64,000 nt of DNA from Eubacteriales bacterium (GTDB lineage Bacteria; Bacillota; Clostridia; Oscillospirales; CAG-272): assembly GCA_041655935.1 (NCBI GenBank), contig JBBAEK010000003.1, positions 45,030-109,029 of the forward strand, read 5' to 3'. Position numbers and translations under genes: made by a program. Each line of letters begins with the position of its first letter. Within the stretch, counting starts at the first letter, position 1. Shown piece after piece: positions 55,914-64,000 of this stretch. A model generated the notes under the pieces. The model was given only the letters and a program-made list of their open reading frames with translations, was not told the DNA's origin and searched no databases.

Positions 55914-56945
55914 CTATCCTTTTGTTTTGATATGCATGTCTTGCAGCTCTTCTTTGGTGAAAATATGGTAGGGCATCTGTTGCCGCTCGTAGACCTGCCG
56001 CATCGATACGCTCCCCGGTCTCACCAGGGCACGCCGGGGGTCAAAGTCAGCCGCGCGGTAAGTGTCCGGACGGGGGCTGAAATAGCGCCCCAGCAGCTCT
56101 GCGGACGCCGCCCGATTGGCGGCGTAGTAGGAAATCTGCCGCTCTGTCACTGCCTCTCCCGGCAGGTTCATGAACGTGAGCTTGGTGTGCCGGTAGTCCT
56201 TGAGAAAATGCGCCAGATAGGTCAGCGCCTCGCTCGCCCCCACGTCGGTCACCATATGCTCCCGCATCTCGGTGAAAACGACGCCCATCACGCTGATGTT
56301 CATCTCCCCGGCCTTGTCAAGCAAAGCGGCGATGAGCAGCTTTTGCGCGTCTATGCGGCCAAGGTCCCCCTCCGCGTACCCCCGGCGAAAACGGACAAAC
56401 TGCTCCGCCATGCGGCCGTTTAATGTCTGTTTTCCCGCCTTCAGCGCCACCGTGCGCTGCCGCGCCTCGTCCCAATAGCTCATATCAAAGGGGAGGGTCA
56501 CCTCCACCCCGCCCATGCGGTCAATCATCTGCACAAAGTCCTGCAGTGAAACGGCTATATAGTGGTCAATCGGCACGCCGAAGGTCTCACAGATCGTGCG
56601 TTGCAGGAGACTCATGGCTTCCCGCTTGCCTTGCAGGGAATCCTCTCGCGCGGCGCAGGCGGCGGCAAACACCGCGTTGATCTTATGGGGATACGGGGCA
56701 GAGCTGAGATAGGTATCACGGGGAATTTGCATGACGCTGACCGTATGGGCCGCCGCGTCATAGGAGACCAGGGCGAGCACATCGGTGTTGCAGGCCGCCT
56801 CGTCATACCCGGCAATCAGGAAATTGTGCAGCTTTTTTTCGGCCTGCGGGGGAGTTTCCGCCGATAGACAGCCGCAACCGGCGAAAATCAGCAAAAAAAT
56901 CGCGAGCAATAAGAGGGGCAGGGTCAACCATCGCTTGTGTTTCAT
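55914..56945 (-). CDS. LytR-CpsA-Psr (LCP) family cell-wall glycopolymer transferase
   Basis: N-terminal TM anchor, then NFLIAGYDEA...TDVLALVSYD....V.VMQIPRDTY. ATG 56945 with GGAGG RBS. Confidence 0.8.
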   Translation of the reverse strand: MKHKRWLTLPLLLLAIFLLIFAGCGCLSAETPPQAEKKLHNFLIAGYDEAACNTDVLALVSYDAAAHTVSVMQIPRDTYLSSAPYPHKINAVFAAACAAREDSLQGKREAMSLLQRTICETFGVPIDHYIAVSLQDFVQMIDRMGGVEVTLPFDMSYWDEARQRTVALKAGKQTLNGRMAEQFVRFRRGYAEGDLGRIDAQKLLIAALLDKAGEMNISVMGVVFTEMREHMVTDVGASEALTYLAHFLKDYRHTKLTFMNLPGEAVTERQISYYAANRAASAELLGRYFSPRPDTYRAADFDPRRALVRPGSVSMRQVYERQQMPYHIFTKEELQDMHIKTKG

Positions 56946-57012
56946 AGGGCCTCCGTTACAACCAGTGTATACGGAGTAGTATCGCCCATGAAAGCGGGGG
57001 CTATGCGACATC

Positions 57013-57621
57013 TCAGCGCAACGCTTCAATGGCGGCGATACTTTGCGGGGCGATGGGCAGCCCCTGTGACAGCAGGTAGTCCCTGGTATGGCACAGCGCG
57101 TCGGCTACCGCTTGGGTGAGAATGGCCTCCCGCTCGTGTGCCTGCGCGCCGGGCAGGGCCTGGTGCAGGTACGCACGAACCTGCCGGCAGGCGGGGTGTT
57201 CCCTGCCCGGCTCGGTATAGTCGGCGATAAACAGCAGTTGATCAAAGAGGGACATCTCCGGGTCGCCGGTGGTGTGTTTGGCGATCGCCCCGGCAATCTC
57301 GTCGTCCACCAGCAGCGGGTACTGCCGGGCGGACAGTTTGGCGGCTGTCTTGGCATGAAGGACGGCGGGGGAGGCAAGGTCGGCGGGGGTCAGCGGGATT
57401 TGCAGGTGGCGGCAGAGCCGGCGCTGCTCGGAGGCAGACTGTGGCCGGGTGAGGTCGTGTAGCAGGGCGGCGACGCGCAGGCGGTCCGGGTCTGTGCCCG
57501 GAAAGTGGTTGCCGAGCCAAAGGATCTCCGCCTCCACCCCCAGCGTATGGGTGAAGCGCTCCCTATCCAGGGCGGCTTCCATATCCTCGCGCAGACGCTT
57601 TAGGGCTTCGGGGGGGATCAT
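57013..57621 (-). CDS. yqeK: HD-domain bis(5'-nucleosyl)-tetraphosphatase YqeK
   Basis: RFTHTLGV, LLHDLTR, HAKTAA, HTTG motifs. Confidence 0.85.
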   Translation of the reverse strand: MIPPEALKRLREDMEAALDRERFTHTLGVEAEILWLGNHFPGTDPDRLRVAALLHDLTRPQSASEQRRLCRHLQIPLTPADLASPAVLHAKTAAKLSARQYPLLVDDEIAGAIAKHTTGDPEMSLFDQLLFIADYTEPGREHPACRQVRAYLHQALPGAQAHEREAILTQAVADALCHTRDYLLSQGLPIAPQSIAAIEALR

Positions 57622-58226
57622 TGGTACAGCCTCTGTTCTTTGATATAAGCCGCCACCGACACGTCCAAAAGCTCCGACACCGGCCGCCCCTTTCGTATCT
57701 GCTCCCGCACGAAGGCGGAGGAAAGCGTGAGTACCTCCCCGTCCAGCACCTCAACTTCTGCCCCATATCGCGCCCGGTACTGCCGGTTTTTCTCCCGAAT
57801 GGCATGGGTAAGCTCCGGGTCGGATTCCCGCCGCACCAGCACCAATGTCGCCAGGGCAAACAGTCTCTCCGGTTGGCGCCACCGGTCCAGCGTGAGCATC
57901 ATATCGGTGCCGCACAGCACAAACAGGCGTCTGCCCGGTGCCGCCAGCGCCGCCAAAGTATCACAGGTATAGCTGATGCCGGCCCTGTCCAGCTCCATGC
58001 GGCTGACCTCGGTGCGGGGCAAGGCGGAAAAAGCCAGCCGGCACATGGCAAACCGCTGTTCGGCTGTCACGCCGTCTTGCTGGTCTTTGTGCGGGGGGAT
58101 CCCGGCGGGGATGACCAGCAGCCGGTCAAGGGACAGCCCTTCCAGGAAGCGCCGTGCCGCATGCACATGACCCAGGTGCGGGGGGGAGAAAGTACCGCCG
58201 TAAATCCCAAGGCGAATCTCATTCAT
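57618..58226 (-). CDS. nadD: Nicotinate-nucleotide adenylyltransferase
   Basis: GIYGGTFSPPHLGHV (HxGH) and C-terminal ISSAFVREQI (ISSTxxR-like). ATG 58226. Confidence 0.9.
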   Translation of the reverse strand: MNEIRLGIYGGTFSPPHLGHVHAARRFLEGLSLDRLLVIPAGIPPHKDQQDGVTAEQRFAMCRLAFSALPRTEVSRMELDRAGISYTCDTLAALAAPGRRLFVLCGTDMMLTLDRWRQPERLFALATLVLVRRESDPELTHAIREKNRQYRARYGAEVEVLDGEVLTLSSAFVREQIRKGRPVSELLDVSVAAYIKEQRLYQ

Positions 58227-58512
58227 CGAAAAAGATCCTTTTCTTTTTGCTCGACTCTCGGTACAGGACAAAAGTGGCGCCGGTCACCGTCACCACCTCC
58301 GCCCCGGTGGCCCGGGCGAGCATATCCGCCGCCTGGGCGGCGGTACTGTCGCTGTTGCCCAGCACCCTGACCTTGATGAGTTCCCGTGCCTCCAACGCAT
58401 GGCCGATCTGCAGGCAGCTTTCCTCCGAAATGCCGCCCTTGCCGATCTGAAAAATCGGCTCCGTATGGCTCGCCATCCCGCGCAGTTTTGCACGCTGTTT
58501 GCTGGTCAGCAT
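58219..58512 (-). CDS. yhbY: YhbY-family (CRM domain) RNA-binding protein
   Basis: LTSKQRAKLRGMA....PIFQIGKGGI......QI..ALEARELIKV. Confidence 0.85.
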   Translation of the reverse strand: MLTSKQRAKLRGMASHTEPIFQIGKGGISEESCLQIGHALEARELIKVRVLGNSDSTAAQAADMLARATGAEVVTVTGATFVLYRESSKKKRIFFDE

Positions 58513-59129
58513 AGATGCTCCTTATCTCTTTGCCCCAGGGCGGCGATCAGTGCGGCGGTTGCCCTGCCCCGGTGGCTGATATTGTTTTTTTCCTCTCCCG
58601 TCAACTGGGCAAAGGTGCGGCCCAGTGCCGGCACATAGAACAGCGGGTCATAGCCAAAGCCCCCCTGCCCTTGCGGTTGTCGGGTGATGCGCCCCTCGCA
58701 ACTGCCCCGCACGGTGAAAAAAGTACCGTCCGGATAGACGCAGGCGATGGCGCAGACAAAACGGGCGCTTCGCTGCGGGGCCGGCACATCCGAGAGGCGG
58801 GCGAGCAGCAGCGCGTTGTTGGCCGCATCGTCTGCACGGTTCGGGTCGGCATAGCGCGCGGAGTGCACGCCGGGCGCGCCGTGCAGGACGTCCACCTCCA
58901 GCCCCGAGTCGTCGGCGACGGACAGGTAGCCCTCCCGGGCGACCGCCTGGGCTTTGATGAGGGCGTTTTCCTCAAAGGTGGCGCCGTTTTCCGCAATCTC
59001 CCCGTGAAAGCCGATGTCGGAGAGGGAGTATACCTCAAAGCGCGCCCGTGTGACGGGGTCCCCGGCAAGCAGTGCCCTGAATTCCCTGACCTTATGGTCG
59101 TTATGGGTAGCCAGCAATAGTTTTGTCAT
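58506..59129 (-). CDS. rdgB: Non-canonical purine NTP pyrophosphatase (RdgB/HAM1 family)
   Basis: LATHNDHKVREF, ENG.TFEENAL.KA, DDSGLEVD.L.GAPGV.SAR, FGYDP.F. Confidence 0.88.
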   Translation of the reverse strand: MTKLLLATHNDHKVREFRALLAGDPVTRARFEVYSLSDIGFHGEIAENGATFEENALIKAQAVAREGYLSVADDSGLEVDVLHGAPGVHSARYADPNRADDAANNALLLARLSDVPAPQRSARFVCAIACVYPDGTFFTVRGSCEGRITRQPQGQGGFGYDPLFYVPALGRTFAQLTGEEKNNISHRGRATAALIAALGQRDKEHLC

Positions 59130-60031
59130 TCGAATAATGCCTTTGTGAATTCTTCCCCGTCAAAGGGCTGCATGTCGTCAATCGCCTCGCCCACACCAAT
59201 GAACTTCACCGGGATCTGCAGCTCTTTTTTGATGGACAGTACAATCCCGCCCTTGGCGGTGCCGTCCAGCTTGGTCAGCACGATGCCTGTGATGTTGGCG
59301 GCTTCCTTGAACTCCTTGGCTTGCAGGATGGCGTTCTGACCGGTGGTGGCGTCGAGTACCAGCAGATTTTCACGGTCGGCGGCTGGCAGCTCGCGGCTGA
59401 TGACCCGGTTGATTTTCGAAAGCTCGTCCATCAGGTTCTTCTTATTGTGGAGCCGACCGGCGGTATCCACAATAAGCACGTCGGCCTTCTTGCTTTTGGC
59501 GGACACGATGGCATCAAACACCACGGCGGCAGGGTCAGCCCCCTGCCCCTGGCGCACCAGCTCTACCTCGGCGCGCTCGCACCAAACAGAGAGCTGCTCG
59601 GCGGCGGCGGCGCGGAAGGTGTCGGCGGCGGCAACCATCACTTTTTTATGCTGCTTTTTGAGCTGGGAGGCAATCTTGCCGATTGAGGTGGTCTTGCCCA
59701 CCCCATTGACCCCAATCACCAGAATCACCGAGGGGACGGTATCCAGCTTCAGGGACACCCCCTCCCCGATCATCTCCCGCAAAATCCGGAACAACAGCTC
59801 CTTGACCTTTTTCGGGTCGGTGGTGCGGGTGTCCTTCACCTGCTGGCGCAGCCTCACCAAAATCTCCTCGGTGGCGCTGACCCCGACATCCGCGCCGATG
59901 AGCAGCTCCTCCAACTCGTCAAACAAATCCTCATCAATGCGGACGAAAGCCTTGAACAAATCGTCAAGCTTGCCAAAGATGGCGTTCTTGGTTTTTTTGA
60001 GGCCTGCCTTCAGTTTCTCAAAGAATGTCAT
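59126..60031 (-). CDS. ftsY: Signal recognition particle receptor FtsY
   Basis: NG domain with GVNGVGKTTSIGK, DTAGR, TKLDGTAKGG. ATG 60031 with AAGGAG RBS. Confidence 0.92.
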   Translation of the reverse strand: MTFFEKLKAGLKKTKNAIFGKLDDLFKAFVRIDEDLFDELEELLIGADVGVSATEEILVRLRQQVKDTRTTDPKKVKELLFRILREMIGEGVSLKLDTVPSVILVIGVNGVGKTTSIGKIASQLKKQHKKVMVAAADTFRAAAAEQLSVWCERAEVELVRQGQGADPAAVVFDAIVSAKSKKADVLIVDTAGRLHNKKNLMDELSKINRVISRELPAADRENLLVLDATTGQNAILQAKEFKEAANITGIVLTKLDGTAKGGIVLSIKKELQIPVKFIGVGEAIDDMQPFDGEEFTKALFE

Positions 60032-63000
60032 CAAACATCTCCTTATGCTTGCTTTCGATCTCATCCACATGGATGCCGATCACTTTGGATATGCCCTTTT
60101 CCGGCATGGTCACACCGTAGAGCCGGTTGGCCACCTCCATGGTGCCGCGGCGGTGAGTAATCAGGATGAACTGGGTTTGCTGGCAGAACCGCTTGATATA
60201 GTCGCCAAAGCGCGCCACATTGACCTCGTCCAGCGCCGCCTCAATTTCGTCCAGGATGCAAAAAGGTGTGGGATTCACCTTCAGGATGGCGAAAAAGAGC
60301 GCAATGGCGACAAAGGCTTGCTCGCCGCCCGAGAGCAGCGACAGGTTCTTGATGATCTTGCCCGGAGGGGCGACTTTGATTTCAATGCCGCAGGTGAGGA
60401 CATCCTCCGGGTCGGTCAACAGCAACTCTGCCTGCCCGCCCCCGAACAGCTCCCGGAAAACGATGGCAAAATGCCGGTTGATTTGCTCAAAGGCATGTAG
60501 GAAGTTGACCTTCATCTCGTTTTCCAGGCGGCTGATGATCCCGAGCAGCTCGTCCCGGGAGGTTTTCAGGTCGGTGAGCTGCAGGTGTAGGGCGTCATAA
60601 CGCTCCTTGACCTCTCGGTACTCCTCCACGGCGTTGGGGTTCACCCCGCCCAAATTCTTGATTTTCCCGCGGCAGGAGTTGAGCAGCGCGGCAACCTCGC
60701 CCCTGTTCTCGGGGGTCACGGGCGGGTAGTCCAGTGCCACCGCCTGCTCATAGGTCAGCTCATAGTCCTCGTAAATATGCGAGCCCAGGCGGTCCTGGTT
60801 GGCGCGCAGTTGTTCCAGCTTGGCTTCATTGGTGGTGTGCAGACGGAAGCAAAGCTCTTTTTCATTGGTTTTTGCCTTGATTTTGGCGCGCAGCTCCCCG
60901 GTGCGTTTCTCATAGTCAAGCAGGTCGGACTCCAGCTCGCTTCTGTCCGAGTGCAGGGTGTCTATTCGGGTGCGTACCGCTTCCTTTTCCCGCTCGCTCT
61001 GCAAAATCAGGTCTTGCAGCTGCTCAATCTTTTGCCGCCATGCGGCGATGCGTTTCTGCTGCTCGGCATTGTCCGACTCAAAGCTCTCGGAGCGGGTGTG
61101 CAGACTGTTCATCATCTCACCCGCCGCCTCGATATCCTTGGCCAGCTCGGTGATGCGCAGGAACACCTGGTTGGCCGACTCTCCCAAAGACAGCCGACGG
61201 TCGTCGCAGGCATTGCGCTCAATCGCCTGTTGCTGGCGGTGCTGCCTGAGAAGCGCTTTCTGCCCCTCCAGCACGCTGAGCTTCTCCGACAGACTTTGCA
61301 GCTCGACTCCGCTCCGCTCCTGAGAGCTTTGCAGCGCCTCATAATCCTGCCTGAGCTTGACCAACAGGTTCTGGTTGGCGTCCAGCTTGGCGGTGGCGGC
61401 ATCCAGTGCGGCGAACTGGGCGCGGGACATGGTCAGCAGCAGCTCTTTGGTCTGCTCGGCGTCCCGCTCTTCCTGCCTGACTTGGTTGATTTGCGTGTTC
61501 AGGCGGCCGATTTGCGCCTTGAGGGTGTCGATACGGCCGGCGATTTCCTTGGCCTGCTCCAAAATTTGGTTAATCTCAGCCCCGCGGGACAGGATACCGC
61601 TCCCCTGTTGGTTGGTCGCGCCGCCGGTCATGGAACCACCCACATTGAGGGTCTGCCCGTCCAGTGTGACGATTTTCACCCGTTGCTTCAGGGCTTTGGA
61701 TGCGGCAATGGCATTGTCAAGGTTATCAAATATCACCGTACGCAACAGCAGCCACTCCACAATGGGACGGTGCCGAGCCGAACAGCTCACCAGTTTGTCC
61801 GCGCGGCTGATATAGCCGCGGTAGCGCGCCGCCGCCCGAATCTCCTCGGTTTCCGGCGCCGAGCGGATGGCAGAGACGGGCAGAAAAGTACAGCGGCCGG
61901 CACGGGCCCCTTTGAGGGCTTCAATGGCCTCCTTGCCCGTCTCCTCCGTGTCCACCACGATGTGCTGGATGGCCGAGCCCAGCGCCGTTTCAATGGCGGT
62001 GACATACGCGGGCTGAATGCTGATGATCTTAGAGATCGGCCCCTCGATGTTCCCGCGGAACGCCCGCCGTTCCGCCTGCTGCATGACAAAGCGCACACCC
62101 GCATAGTAGCCCTCAAAGTGCTCCTCCATACGGCGCAGGGCATGGCTGCGCTCCAGCAGTGTGTCATGGTTCACACGGTACTCGTTGAGCTGGGCGGAGA
62201 GCGCCTCTTGCTCTTTTGTCAGGCTTTGCACCTCGGTCGCCGCCGCCTGTATTTTCCCCTCACAGTCGGTCAGCTTGGTTTTGAAACCGGCAACGCTTTG
62301 CTCGCAACGCGCCACCTCGGCTTGCAGGGCGCTGCTTGTCTGCTCGTATTGACTGATATCGGTCTCGAGCGAACTTTTTTTGCCCTCGCCCTCGGCGGAC
62401 GCCCCCTTGATGACATCCACCCGTACCTTGTAGTCGACCGCCTCGCTCTCGATTTGGTCCAGCTCCTGCTGTGACTTTTCGAGTGCCCGGTCAAACGCCT
62501 CCACCTCACGCAAGCGTTGCTGCTGTTCGGCGAGCAGTCGTTCCCGCTCGGCCTCCAGCCCCTCTTTTTGCAGCAGGGTGGCGGCGATTTTGTCGGCGTA
62601 TGCCTGCCGTTCTTTGGACAGGGCGTCTTTGCCGCCCCGATTGGAGAGTAGCTGCTCCTCTGCCCGTGCCACCAGCTCCTCATGGTGACGAATCTCATTT
62701 TCGGTGAGCTGGATGCGGTTGTCAATGGCGTGCAGCTCTTCTTTGGTGCGGGTGATGCTGTTGACCATCTCCTCGCTGCGAATGCGCCCCGAAAAGGTCT
62801 GTTTTTCGAGGGCGTCGGCCTGCCGCTCAAGGCTCTCCATGTTCTCGGTGATGATCTCGAGCTGGTGGGCGGAGAGCTGGACCGCTTCCTCGGTTTTGAC
62901 AATGTCACGGTGCAGCTTTTTTGTGTCGTACAGCCACAGGGAGATGTCCGCCCGCTTTTTTTCCTCCATCAATACGCTGTATTTCCGTGCCTTCTCCGCC

Positions 63001-63629
63001 TCTTTTTCCAGCGGTGCCAAGCGCTTGGCGAGCTCGTCAAAAATGTCCTGCTCGCGCACCATGTTCGCCTCGGTCGCCGCCAGCTTGCGCTCGCTTTCCT
63101 GCTTGCGGTGCCGGTACTTGGCGATGCCTGCCGCCTCCTCAAAGAAGTTGCGGCGTTCCTCACTTTTCTTGGAGATAATCTCGGCGATTTTCCCCTGCCC
63201 GATGATGGAGTAGCCCTCCCGCCCCACGCCGGTGTTCATGAACATCTCAAAGATGTCCCGCAGTCGGCAGGGCTTGCGGTTGATCTGATACTCACTGTTT
63301 CCGGAGCGAAAGTAGCGGCGGGAGACGGTGATTTCGTCGTAGGGGGAATCAATCCGGTTGTCCTTTTCCGAATTGTCAAAGGTCACCGAGACCTCCGCGA
63401 ACCCCATCGGCCGCTTGCTGTCGGCGCCCCCAAAAATCACGTCCTCCATTTTACTGCCGCGCAGGTTACGACTGGATAGCTCACCCAGCACCCAACGCAT
63501 GGCGTCCGAAATATTGGATTTGCCGCTGCCGTTGGGTCCCACAATGACGGTGGCGCCTCGGTCAAAGTGCAGCACCGTCCGATTGGGAAACGACTTGAAT
63601 CCGTGTAGCTCCAGCGACTTCAGATACAT
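60018..63629 (-). CDS. smc: Chromosome segregation protein SMC
   Basis: MYLKSLELHGFKSF...GPNGSGKSN Walker A, long coiled coils, hinge, LSGGEQAFVAIALFFA signature, Walker B ILDEIEAALD. Confidence 0.95.
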   Translation of the reverse strand: MYLKSLELHGFKSFPNRTVLHFDRGATVIVGPNGSGKSNISDAMRWVLGELSSRNLRGSKMEDVIFGGADSKRPMGFAEVSVTFDNSEKDNRIDSPYDEITVSRRYFRSGNSEYQINRKPCRLRDIFEMFMNTGVGREGYSIIGQGKIAEIISKKSEERRNFFEEAAGIAKYRHRKQESERKLAATEANMVREQDIFDELAKRLAPLEKEAEKARKYSVLMEEKKRADISLWLYDTKKLHRDIVKTEEAVQLSAHQLEIITENMESLERQADALEKQTFSGRIRSEEMVNSITRTKEELHAIDNRIQLTENEIRHHEELVARAEEQLLSNRGGKDALSKERQAYADKIAATLLQKEGLEAERERLLAEQQQRLREVEAFDRALEKSQQELDQIESEAVDYKVRVDVIKGASAEGEGKKSSLETDISQYEQTSSALQAEVARCEQSVAGFKTKLTDCEGKIQAAATEVQSLTKEQEALSAQLNEYRVNHDTLLERSHALRRMEEHFEGYYAGVRFVMQQAERRAFRGNIEGPISKIISIQPAYVTAIETALGSAIQHIVVDTEETGKEAIEALKGARAGRCTFLPVSAIRSAPETEEIRAAARYRGYISRADKLVSCSARHRPIVEWLLLRTVIFDNLDNAIAASKALKQRVKIVTLDGQTLNVGGSMTGGATNQQGSGILSRGAEINQILEQAKEIAGRIDTLKAQIGRLNTQINQVRQEERDAEQTKELLLTMSRAQFAALDAATAKLDANQNLLVKLRQDYEALQSSQERSGVELQSLSEKLSVLEGQKALLRQHRQQQAIERNACDDRRLSLGESANQVFLRITELAKDIEAAGEMMNSLHTRSESFESDNAEQQKRIAAWRQKIEQLQDLILQSEREKEAVRTRIDTLHSDRSELESDLLDYEKRTGELRAKIKAKTNEKELCFRLHTTNEAKLEQLRANQDRLGSHIYEDYELTYEQAVALDYPPVTPENRGEVAALLNSCRGKIKNLGGVNPNAVEEYREVKERYDALHLQLTDLKTSRDELLGIISRLENEMKVNFLHAFEQINRHFAIVFRELFGGGQAELLLTDPEDVLTCGIEIKVAPPGKIIKNLSLLSGGEQAFVAIALFFAILKVNPTPFCILDEIEAALDEVNVARFGDYIKRFCQQTQFILITHRRGTMEVANRLYGVTMPEKGISKVIGIHVDEIESKHKEMFDDIL

Positions 63630-63758
63630 GAAAAGACTCCTCTGATGATGTTCGGTATCGGGGGTATCGTGTCTGCCGCCCGCCGGGGCGGCATGGGGTG
63701 CGGGACTGCCCCTTGCGGGGCGCCCGGTGTCTCGGATCTGGCGCGAGGACTGGCGGTG

Positions 63759-64000
63759 TCAGTCGGTGATGCCAAACAGCGAAAGCGCCTGTTGGGCTGC
63801 CAACTGCTCGGCCTCCCGCTTGGACTTGCCCGTGCCGCTCCCCACCACGTTGCTGTTGATTTTCGCCACCACCTCAAAGGTGCGCTCGTGGGCAGGGCCC
63901 TCCTCCTTGGTGACCTCGTAGGTCAGCTCCTCGCCCCCGTCCTGCTGTACCAGTTGTTGCAGGCGGCTCTTGTAGTCGATGTTTTTGGCGGCCTTGCCGG
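63759..64000 (-). CDS. rnc: Ribonuclease III, C-terminal dsRNA-binding domain only (5' part beyond the window end)
   Basis: Own translation of the minus strand: ...DYKSRLQQLVQQDGGEELTYEVTKEEGPAHERTFEVVAKINSNVVGSGTGKSKREAEQLAAQQALSLFGITD*, stop at 63759-63761. Canonical rnc-smc-ftsY order. Confidence 0.85.
   Translation of the reverse strand, partial: GKAAKNIDYKSRLQQLVQQDGGEELTYEVTKEEGPAHERTFEVVAKINSNVVGSGTGKSKREAEQLAAQQALSLFGITD

Noticed and set aside
60777-62474. 565-aa + strand ORF
   Set aside because: Antisense to smc. Leu/Gln/Arg-rich mirror of a coiled-coil gene, with no RBS.

Overview
This is a 64-kb chromosomal segment from a high-GC Gram-positive bacterium (Bacillota). It looks like a Clostridia/Oscillospiraceae-type genome, judged from gene content and synteny; that placement is inference only. 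Coding density is high and most genes lie on the minus strand. I used the ORF track only after re-picking start codons by RBS, because many listed ORFs carry spurious N-terminal extensions. Long antisense shadow ORFs are common, as expected for GC-rich DNA. Most of the window is housekeeping:
- mrp, a ClpE-like ATPase, dnaE, whiA and murB.
- The conserved recN-argR-nadK-tlyA-ispA-xseBA-nusB block.
- nagA plus an atypical sugar kinase.
- The class III heat-shock operon ctsR-mcsA-mcsB-clpC, with two perfect CtsR operators over its promoter.
- A three-gene peptidoglycan-binding module, prs, asnA, efp and pepP.
- The yhbY-nadD-yqeK-rsfS-leuS block and rnc-smc-ftsY.

Five tRNA genes are present (Leu-TAG, Arg-TCT, His-GTG, Gly-TCC, Arg-ACG). 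All encode CCA, and consensus promoters precede each of the three tRNA loci.

The clear accessory region is an AT-rich island of about 5.8 kb (about 44257-50086), roughly 180 bp downstream of the tRNA-Gly/tRNA-Arg pair. Copies of a 15-21-nt motif bracket it, and a large serine recombinase sits at its right end. Its cargo is a SLOG/DUF1273 protein and a tightly coupled three-cistron operon: a WYL-domain (BrxR/CapW-like) regulator, a gamma-class N6-adenine DNA methyltransferase, and an unclassifiable 243-aa protein that may be a nuclease. I consider this operon the best candidate for a novel sensor-controlled restriction/defence module. No rRNA genes, CRISPR arrays or IS transposases were seen.
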